A DNA stretch of 61,601 bases, counting the filler, from Chiloscyllium plagiosum (lineage: Eukaryota): assembly GCF_004010195.1 (NCBI RefSeq). It is 3 parts of one record of this genome, joined end to end, with 100 filler letters (N's around TTAATTAATTAA, not from the genome) between each part and the next. Parts side by side here need not be neighbours in the genome. Positions count along the whole stretch, not along the records: positions 34,796 to 61,601 come from NC_057717.1; 2 more parts are not named here. The stretch is one strand, 5' to 3'. Position 1 is the first letter of the stretch. Each line of letters begins with the position of its first letter. The notes under the pieces were generated by a model. It saw only the letters and a program-made list of their open reading frames with translations. It searched no databases and had not been told where the DNA came from. Shown piece after piece: positions 52,235-61,601 of this stretch. The position numbers and the translations under genes are program-made.

Positions 52235-52610
52235 TGCAGATGCCATGTACACCATCGGGAATCCCAGTACACTGGATATAACCGGCAGCTCCCCGCTGTG
52301 GGAGAAACAATGTATTTACTTCATCCACCACATATATCCTCCATCACCGAATGGTGACATTGATGTTAAGATACTGGGAAATGATGGATATGTCACCCAG
52401 TCCTGCCTGGAAAGTTCTGGATCATAGAAGCTGAATGAATCAGTGACCCGAACAGCCACTGGCACCCCCTGGTGTGAAGCTGCAGGTCGCGTTGAAGGAG
52501 GTGACACCGCTCTATTATCAGCTCCTTGTTCAGTCAGGACCCCTCACACTCTGCTCCTGGGTCAAGTGGAGTTTGGGAAGCTGTTCCTGGAAAACCCGGG
52601 GTGGATACAG
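52235..52610 (-). pseudogene. HARBI1-like PIF/Harbinger transposase remnant (N-terminal part)
   Basis: YPPRVFQEQLPKLHLTQEQSVR...NKELIIERCHLLQRDLQ...VPVAVRVTDSFSFY...FQAGLGDISIISQ...GFPMV, with frameshifts. Confidence 0.72.
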
Positions 52611-52868
52611 CAGATCCCTTTCCCCACACACACTCACTATGTGGTTTCAGAGCTTCCCCTCTCTGCAGCCTCTGCTCCATTTGTTGTTCATGTTGCAGGC
52701 TTAGATGCTGTAACTACAGTCTCCATGCTCCAACCAGAGTTAGGTCACCAAATCCTCAGGTCTCCCTGAATGTCTGAGGCAACTTACAGCACAACCTCCA
52801 GCAAAATATCCCCTGCCCCTCCACTAATTTTCAATTGCAGAAGCCAGTCAGAAGCCCCTCGCAACAAG

Positions 52869-55800
52869 TGTTTTGGACCAGACCAGATTCCCCCCAAAAT
52901 ATTTCCAGAAGGCCGTTTAGACCCAAACCTTTCCTTATGTTGAATATAGATGTGAAGTGTGCCTTACAGATATGTTGTGACTGGTCAAACCACTCGACAT
53001 CAATCAAAATATAAGCTATTCAAATGCTTTAGTTAAAATACAATCAAAGAAAAGAACATTTTGGGATGGCTTATATGTTGTAACACTTACACAAACATTA
53101 GATATCATACCATCTTGGTTTACACCGCTTGGCACAAAGATATATTCAAATACAGATCCTTCCAGCAGTTTTACAATCCAGGAGGAAACAACATTAACAG
53201 AGATCTCAGAGAGAAAAGCAGCTGGGGATCATGTATTGAAACTTCCAACCCTTCTGGGATCCCCAGCAGCTTCTGAATGCTGCAGCTAAAAACAAAATGA
53301 GAAAATCTGGTCTGGGAGAGCTGGCCACCGCCCTTCCATCGTTACCACCGTTTTAATAAAACCTAAAATCTCAGATATTTATTTAAAGTGTTTTCAGACA
53401 GCAGTTCTGCACCTCTGCCTTTAACACCTCTCTTAAAAAAAAAACCAAGATAAAATAATCTTTTTACAGTGATAGTATCTTCACAACTACATCTGTAATA
53501 AAATGATCCATCAATGCACAAAGGTGGATTCATTTTAGACATCCTAATCTTCCTCTATTAGTAGACTGAAATGCATATATATTACATTGACTGTGAGCAT
53601 ACAAATATTCACATCTATTTCGATTTCAGGCATTTTACTCCTGCCACAGAATGCCTTTGTCTTTCTTCATCCAAGTCTCCACAAAGTGTCAAAACTTAGG
53701 TTTTCTCGCCCCGTCACCTGTATAATTTCAAACTGAATGGCAGCAATAATAAGCTCAATTGAAACAGACTGGTATTTTTCTCCCTAGACTTCTCCAATAC
53801 CTATACCGGGTCATGATCAGTGATAAAGATTTGTCTCATTTATGTTATTGGCAATGTAAATCTGAAATGTTGCAACGCCAACACCAAGCTCAAGGTCTCC
53901 TTCCCCATTGTGGAATAAATCTGTTGATGTAGCCACTGTACACTCCACTCACACGTTACATAATGGAACACTTCTCATCTCTCCAATACTCCCTCTGAAT
54001 GACATAGCTCCTCATGTCTCAGCATAAAAGAATTACACACTTCCGTACCTCTTAATGCTCTAACCTCTTTACCTGCTGCTCCTGGCCTATGCCAGTAAAC
54101 CTTAACAAGACCTCACACATTCTTCTCCATCTCTAACAGAAACCAAACTTTGATTTCTGAACTCAATCACCATCAGCAGCCATTTCAGCTTCTAATCTTG
54201 CTGTTTTAACTCTCTGCTCTTCCACACGAGTTCCTGTGACTGCAGGAAGTGAATTGTTGAACTTCTCCAAAATAAGAATCTTTCTAAGAGTGTCATAGTT
54301 TTGCTCTGGTTTTAATACCCTTACCCACCTCTCAAAATTACTTTGTTTGATCCTTTCAAACTCAATGTGCATTTAACCAGGGATCCTCTTTTAGATTCCT
54401 GTAACGCTGTCTGTCAGTTACTGGTACAAGCTCATATGCACTTCAGATGGCTTTCTTCACCACTCCATACTGGCCAGATACCTCATCCGATAGGGATGCA
54501 AATACCTATCAGCTTTGGATCAACTAAATCCACATGGTCACTGGTGTCTGCATTTGTTTAGCCACTTTCTCAAATGACATTCAAAAGGCTTCCCCATCCT
54601 TCTCATCAAATTTAGAGAATGCCTGGATGCATTTAAACAGAACCCCGTTAGGCCATTGGTTACAATAGGGTTGCTCAACCGCACTATCCTCCTCATCCCA
54701 CCGACCGTCTACCTTCATCTCCGCCTTCTATATCAACTTTCCTCTCTAATTGCCAACTTTTAAAGTTGAAACTCTCTGCTTTTCTTCTGTCCTTTTCTCT
54801 CTTTCTTCCTCATTTCCCTTTCTTTTATTTATACTTTTCATCATAATTCAAACTCTTTCAATTCCTTCTCATGTTCAAAGAGCATCATTTGAAATTGAAT
54901 TCCAGCCATTTCCAAAGAGTCTGATGGCGGTTCCACTAAACGTAATTGCCGAACTATAGCTGTAGTTATCTCTCATTTTCTCACAGACACAACCCCAACT
55001 CCAGGTTATCTGTCAATTCCTACAGCTTTGCCATCATTACCTTTTGTAAAACCCCCAACTTCACTTTTCCACACCCAGAGAACTCTTAGTTACTGAATCT
55101 TTATACACAAAACACTGGTTAAACCTACCGAATTCAACATCCAGAAAAAAGACACTATCAACTACCATACGCGACCTTTGAACCCAATAGCGTCGTGGTG
55201 CATACTCTCCAGGGTGTGCATGAGCTTATTCTGGATGATTTGGTTTCCTCCCACAATCCAAAGATGTGCATGTCAGGTGTATTGGCCATGATAAATTGTT
55301 CATAGTTTTCAGGGATGTGTGGGTTAGTTGCCTTCGCCGGGGTAAATGTGTAATAATAGGGTAGAGGAATGGGTCTGTGTAGGTTAGTCCTCTGAGGATC
55401 GGTGTGGACTTGTTGGGGAGAATGGCATATTCTAAACCCAATTTTGTACTATCGATTTAGAACCGGACAAGAGTCCGCAGTTGGCAATAGTCGAACCAGG
55501 CTGCCTCACACTATTTTAAGAAGGTAGCTTGGATGCCAACCTTTCCTTATTTTAAAGGTAGATGTGAATTGGGTGTTCCAGATGTCAAAATTTCAAACCA
55601 CTCACCATTAAGCAAAACACAATATATTTAAACACTCTAATGAAAATCCATAAAAAATGAAGATGAATTTAAAATAATTTAACTATTGGAAATCTTAACC
55701 GAATAATGGATCTAGAACATCCTATTAATGAACTGTTCCGATACATCAACATCCCATAAACACATCCCTTGGCAAAAAGGAACATTCAGGCATGCATTCT

Positions 55801-56112
55801 TGCATACAATTCTCCAATCCAGGAGAAAATGGCATCAAGTGAGGTTCCAGAGAGACTAGCATCAAGGGATAATTTACTAAATCTTCCAACCCTTCTGGGA
55901 CCCCAAGAATCTGGTGATTGTTATAGCTACAATAAAATAGAAATCCTGGTCTGTGCCAGCTGGCCATTGAAACTGCTATTTATTAAAAAAAACCCTAAAA
56001 GCCCCATAAGTTATTTATTTGAGCCGTTTTCAATCGGAAGTTTTGGCTTTAAGACCACTTACTAAAAATAGGGAGAAAATAACCTTTTATTTAAAAAGTG
56101 ACAGCATTGTCA
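52869..56112 (-). mobile_element. Decayed Gmr1-like LTR element with both LTRs
   Basis: LTRs at 52869-53485 and ~55482-56112; SCAN-like gag ORF 54163-54372 (FERWVR...LRKILILEKFNNSLP). Confidence 0.78.
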
Positions 56113-57645
56113 GGCAATTTATATGCGTGGTCCTTTACTCAGTGGGCTTCCTCGTGTTACTGATCGCAAGGTCACCTGAGAGGGTACAGACCAACTTACA
56201 AGGATGTTTCTCATAAGTTCTGAAACACGCCTGTCCATGGACCATCACATGGGGCATACCAGGAAGTGAACAACAGCTTGACACCACCCATTCCATTATT
56301 TCTGAGCTACACAATTCCAGCACTCGATACACGAGGGAGCCAAAACCAAAGGCCAGGGAAAGATACAGAGGGACAGAGAGATTCACATTAAAGACAGAAA
56401 CAGACAGTTAATTAACTGTAAATATGTTGTGGAAATATGTGGAAAACGTCACGACAGTGGGACTAACTGGAGAAGTGAGATCTTCGAGAGTAAAATTACA
56501 AGAATGAGAACATTGAATAAAGGCATTTTCAGATCAGCTGGAATGGTTTGTTACATGAAAATCTGAATCTGCTTCACAGAAAAAAACCACAAAAAAACAT
56601 AAACTGGAACAAGATGACAGCCCAGCATGGAGAGCTGTGCAGACCATGCTCGTGTGTTGCTCAGTAAACTATACTATCTGCCCAGCATAGAGAGTATTGC
56701 AAACTTTACTATCATTTGCGAACTATACTCGCATCAGATTACTGCCTACAATGGGAAGGTTTGCTCTCTCTGCGTGTGTGTATGTGTGTTCATCAGAGAC
56801 TGAGAGAGAGTGTGTGTGTGTGCGCGCGATTGGTGTTGTTGAATGCAAAACTCATTATTTGAGAAGGAACGCACATGGAGAAAACAATTTTAAATACGAA
56901 CAACAGGCAAGCTTTTTGTTCATCAGTAGAGACAACGAGGGATGTTTCATGGACAGATAAGGTAAAGTGTTTGAGAATGTTCAAATAAAGGCATTGCCAG
57001 ACATAACAGCAATATACATCGGCATACACATGAATGGCAGATGGATGGGAGTTTGGTGTGAGTTTGAATCAGATTTGCTTTGGCAGGTTTGAAGCCGGGA
57101 GCGTCAACAGCAGATTATTGGCTTAATTAAGCCCGTACTTCATAGCTCAAGGTTCAAACAGCAGATGGAATAAACCAGTAAGATATATTCTGGAGTGGTG
57201 AGAATTTCAAGTTAGAAATGGTCAGGGAATGGTGTCAAGAATCAGCTCATTGTCAAAGGGATCTCCCACAGATGTGACTTGTCTGCTTCAGCCGCAGATA
57301 TTGGCCAGGAATGGGATGGAAACAGTGGAAGGAAGTGGAGTTTGTAACCTGAAGAGTAGACAGTGACCTCTATGCTTTTAACAGTAAAGGCAATGATACA
57401 ATGCATTGTGGTTCTCCCCTGAAACTGAATAGTTCAACATAGAGACCCGTGAGTAACACTGCCAGAGCAGAGAGGGAGACAGTAATTGAACACCTTCATT
57501 GATGCAGTTAGCAGTAGTCTGTAGAGTGAATATGGAGAGATTCAACAGGAACAATAAGAGTGGCAGGAAATGTAGACTATATGAAATAACAATAATACAG
57601 TCATAATTGGTTTATAGAAAACAAAATCTGGACAGTGACACTCAC

Positions 57646-57804
57646 CAGGAACACCAACGATAGCCAGGAAGGGATATTAAACATATTGAATAATGAGAAG
57701 AGCGTAATCGCTGATAATGACAACCAATCAAATGCAGAAAGATACCAAGCATAATCGGATAAGCTCCTGTCTATTGTTGGCACATTCCAGTCTAATGTTC
57801 CCAG
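57646..57804 (-). pseudogene. Disrupted first coding exon of a probable GPR139/GPR142-like class A GPCR
   Basis: GTLDWNVPTIDRSLSDYAWYLSAFDWLSL/(frameshift)ALLIIQYV*YPFLAIVGVP, then a phase-1 donor G|GTGAGT at 57640-57645; TAA at 57677-57679; no ATG at the expected start. Confidence 0.65.
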
Positions 57805-58634
57805 ATTCTGATCTCTCCTCCCCCTCTCTCTGGATCTGCTGATCCCTATCAGTGCTGTCGGTGATGCTCCCGCTCATGTTATGGGATGACACATTGAACG
57901 GCGCCCATTTATTATTAAAAGATGGAAACCGTCCACTGGGATAATTAGAATCCATGGAGCTTGACATTAATCGCAGTCACTGAACTAATAGACTCAGTTA
58001 ACCAATTCAATACATCATTTTTCATTTACTGGTTTTGGACAGAATGGAAAAGGTTGCTGAGGGATGGACCGTAAATCTTTCAATATTTTAAATCATTGTT
58101 TTCCTTGTATATAAGAGTATTAACAGAACACTGCAGCGGTCTATATATGTTCCACTCTGTTTATGAAAGGAGGCAGTTATAAAATAACAGATCTGCTGCA
58201 TAATAAAAATGTCGGGTGGGCAAGTTTCTAGATATCTGAAACAAAGTACGGTACTGATTGACCAATGTGGGGTTACTCCTGGTTTTAATGCCCTGTTGTC
58301 AAATCCTTTCATAACCTGGAGGCAGGGCATTGAGACTGCTGCTCAGTAACAGCCCAAAGCAATTCTGTCCCTATGGGCCTCTTACAGAGGGAAAGGAGAA
58401 GGCCATTCAGCTCATATTTGCCTATTGCTACTTGAAAAGGTGGAAAGTTGGAATATTGGCACATTTTGTCAACTGAATCATTCAAAACAAAGGAATGTGT
58501 TGCTGCAGCTGTATGAGGTGTCACTAAGAGGGCACATGGAGTACATTGTGTTGTTTGTGTTTCTGTAACTGAGAAGGAATGGGTCTCCATTAGATACAGT
58601 TTACCGGCTGCTCGTAATCCACGGATTGCTGTGT

Positions 58635-58840
58635 CTCGGATCTGTTACACAGGGACAGGAGGAGGCCATGCAGCCGCTCGAGTGTGTTATAGAAGAACTG
58701 GACGAGGCCATTAAGCCTCTTGGATCTATCAAGAGGGACAGCGTTTCCAGTGAATTACAGAGGGACAGGAGGAGCCTATTCAGTCTCTCGAGCCCGTTAT
58801 AGAGGCACAGGAAGTGTGTATTTAACTTTCAAGTTTGTTA
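58635..58840 (+). repeat. Degenerate 42-bp tandem array
   Basis: ctgttacacagggacaggaggaggccatgcagccgctcgag and similar consecutive units. Confidence 0.78.
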
Positions 58841-58879
58841 TGCATAAATATTAGTTTTAAATTATTTATGGAATCGGAA

Positions 58880-61278
58880 ATACCTGATGTCAACATTAAA
58901 GTTCTAACTTTGAATGAGGCCAATTTTGAAAATGTTAGGCGTGCCCAGTGAAAGGCTGATTGGGATACCCTATTCACAGGTAAAGGGATGGTTGGTAAAT
59001 GCCATCAAAACGTGGTTTCAAAGAGTCCAGAGCCAACGTGTTCCTATTCATGAGATGGGCAAGGCTGGTGAGTGCAGGGAATGCTGGACGGCTAGGTATA
59101 TTGATACTCTGGTCAAGGTAAGGAAGGAGGCATATGTCAGATATACAGAGCTGAGATCAAGTGAATATCGAGAGGTGTATAAGGGCAACAAGTATATCGT
59201 CAATGGGGAAATCGGGCTAGAAAAATGTGGACAAGAGATGGCTTTAGAAATTTAGTTAATGAGGCCTTGAAGAAATTCTACAAATCATTTAATGGCAAAA
59301 GATTAACTAGGGAGAGAATAGGGTCCCTTAAAGATCAGTAAGGCTACCTATGTATTGAACCACAACAGATCTGTGGGATACGAAACAAGTATTTCTTCTC
59401 AGTATTTATGGTGGAGGAGGTTACAAGAGCGAGAGAATGAAGAAATATGCAGTGATACCTTGAAAAGTGTCTATATTACAAGCTGGTGTTGGACATTTTA
59501 AAACATATAAAAGTGAACTAATCCCTGGGACCTGATCAGTTGTATCCCAGATGTTTGTTGGAAGCTCGGAAATAGATTGCTCATGCATTTTGCTGATATA
59601 TTTGTAACATTGATTTTCACAGGTGAGGTGTCAAAAGACTGGAAGGCTGCTAACATAGTGTCATTATTTAAGAAAGTAAGGAAAAAGCAGGTAACTATAG
59701 ATCGGTGAGCATGACGTCAATGGTGACTAAATTGATGAAGGGGATTGTGAGGAAAAGGATCGATATGCACTTGGAAAGACAAGGACTGAAGAGGGCTTTG
59801 TACATTGGAGATCACGTTTCACTGACTGGGTGGAATTGTTTGAAGAAGTGATGAAGATGAGTGATGAAGGCAGGACAGTGGATGTTGTCTTTATGGAATT
59901 CAGTGAGAAAAGCAAAATGCTCGACATGGTAGACTGTTTAGCATGGTTAGACTGCCTGGGATCCAGGGAGATGTCGCCATTTAGATCCAAAATTTTCTTA
60001 AATATTGGAGACAGGGCGTGGCAGTGGACATTTGTTCATTAAACTTGGAGACCTGTCACCAGTGGCGTGCCGCGAAGATCAATAGTGCTTCCACTGCCTT
60101 TTGTCACTTACACAAATCATTCAGTATATGAAGTATAGTCAGTAAGTTTGTAGATAATTCCAAATTTGTTGGTGTCGTCGACAGTGAAGAATGATCTCTC
60201 AGACCACAATGGGACTTTGCTTCAGTGAGCCGAGGAGTGGCAGATGGAGTTTATTTTAGATAAATGTGAGGTGTAGCATTTTGGCAAGACAAATCAAGAC
60301 AAGACATATAGGTCGGGTCCCGTCGAAAGCTGCCAATCAAGGAGAACTCCATAGAAGTTATCGAATCCCGACAGTGCGGAAACAGCCTATTCAGCCCATC
60401 GAGGCCACACCGAACCTGTAAACAGTATCCCACTGGACAATCCCCTGCCCTATCCCTCTGAGCCTGCAGTTTCCATGGCTATTCCACCTCGCCTACACAT
60501 CCCTGGGTACTTTACGCAATTTAGCATGGCCAATCTACCCTTATCTGTATATCTTTATACTGTCAGAGGAAAACATAACATCCGGAGGAGACACGGGGAG
60601 AATGTGCAAACTCCACACAGGCAGTCATTTAAGGATAGAATTAAACACAGATCGCTGCGCTCTGAAGCAGCAATGCTCGTCACTGAGCTACTTTGTCACC
60701 TTGTGGTGCAGGTTCTCCGTTCCTTGAAAGTGCTGTCACAGGTAGACAGCGCAGTGAAGAAGCACTTGGTGTTCTTCTCTTTATTGGTCCGTGCTTTGAG
60801 TCTAAACATGTTCTCGACATGTTGTATCTGTAAAGGACATTGGTTTGGTCACTTTTGTAATATTGCCTTTAATTCTGGTCTCCCTGCTGTCGGAAAGGCG
60901 TTGACAAACTTGAAAGAATGCAGAAGAGATTTAAAAGAATGTTGCAGGTGTTGGAGGATTAGAGTTACAGGGAGAGTTTGAATAGGCCGGGGCTATTTTC
61001 AAGTGTTGAGGCTGAGGGGTGACCTTAAAGAGTTTTATAGAATCATGAGGGGAATAGATAAGGTAAACAGTCTGCGTCTTTTCCCAGGATACGCGAAACC
61101 AAAATTAGAAGACAAACGTTTAAGGTGAGAGGGGAAAGATTTAAACAGGGACATGAGGGACAACATTTTTACACAGAGACTGCTGTGTGTATGGATTGAA
61201 CAGCCAAAAGAGGTGGTGGAGACTGGTACAGTTACACAATTTAAAGGGCATTTGGATGAATACATGCATTTGAGATGT
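58880..61278 (+). mobile_element. Decayed CR1 LINE ORF2 with nested HE1-like SINE (~60355-60705, minus)
   Basis: SLGPDQLYPR, DWKAANIVSLFKK, ELFEEVMK..DEGRTVDVVFMEFS, CR1 3' region. Confidence 0.85.
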
Positions 61279-61282
61279 TTAA

Positions 61283-61490
61283 GTTGAAACTTTATTGCTG
61301 GAACAGCACAGCAGGTCAGGCAGCATCCAGGGAACAGGAGATTCGACGTTTCGGACACAGGCCCTTCTTCAGGAATGAGCAGAGAGTGTTCAGCAGGAGA
61401 AGATAAAAGGTAGGGAGGAGGGACTTGGAGGAGGGGCGTTGGAAATGTGATAGGTGGAAAGAGGTCAAGGTGAGGGTGATAGGTCGGAAT
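61283..61490 (-). mobile_element. Penelope-like terminal repeat with hammerhead motif
   Basis: Reverse complement attc-CTGAAGA-a-gggc/ctgt/gtcc-GAAACGTC-gaat at 61341-61376; related to 36520-36765. Confidence 0.72.
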
Positions 61491-61494
61491 AGGA

Positions 61495-61601
61495 TAACTA
61501 TCCGTGATCCCAGTCTGGTTCACTGTGATCCTGACCTAATTAAATGTGATCCCAGTCTGCTTCACCGTGATCCTGACCTAACTATCCGTGATCCCAGTCT
61601 G
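61495..61601 (+). repeat. 42-bp minisatellite (two 21-bp subunits), running off the window
   Basis: Units at 61495, 61537 and 61579: taactatccgtgatcccagtc-tggttcactgtgatcctgacc. Confidence 0.9.

Larger units (their letters stand above)
50780..58625 (-). repeat. Right arm of the inverted segmental duplication (partner 13262-23078)
   Basis: Same colinear reverse-complement blocks as listed for 13262-23078. Confidence 0.92.

Noticed and set aside
57728..57967. 79-aa ORF MSSSMDSNY... shared at its start with 14827
   Set aside because: The similarity is explained by the duplication; the ORF overlaps the upstream region and a different frame of the GPCR exon, with no recognisable protein features.

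Overview
Repeat-dominated vertebrate DNA, most likely a shark (inferred from HE1-type tRNA SINEs, abundant CR1 LINEs and Penelope-like elements), from a gapped assembly. No intact cellular gene is visible. The window holds many decayed CR1 LINEs, HE1 SINEs, Penelope-like GIY-YIG remnants carrying minimal hammerhead-ribozyme motifs, Gmr1-like (SCAN-gag) Ty3/gypsy LTR remnants, PIF/Harbinger fragments and an L1 3' end. Larger structure: a ~8-10 kb inverted segmental duplication (13262-23078 vs 50780-58625) and a ~2.7 kb direct duplication (34796-37540 vs 46657-49380). The right arm of the inverted duplication carries a disrupted first coding exon of a probable GPR139/GPR142-like GPCR (57646-57804, minus). 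Its paralogous exon is predicted to lie inside the 14854-15768 gap. Other notable structures are dispersed degenerate 42-bp arrays resembling the CR1 3' terminus, a ~195-bp monomer array upstream of a CR1 ORF1, and a 42-bp (2x21) minisatellite at the window end. All homologies were recognised by eye and element boundaries are approximate.
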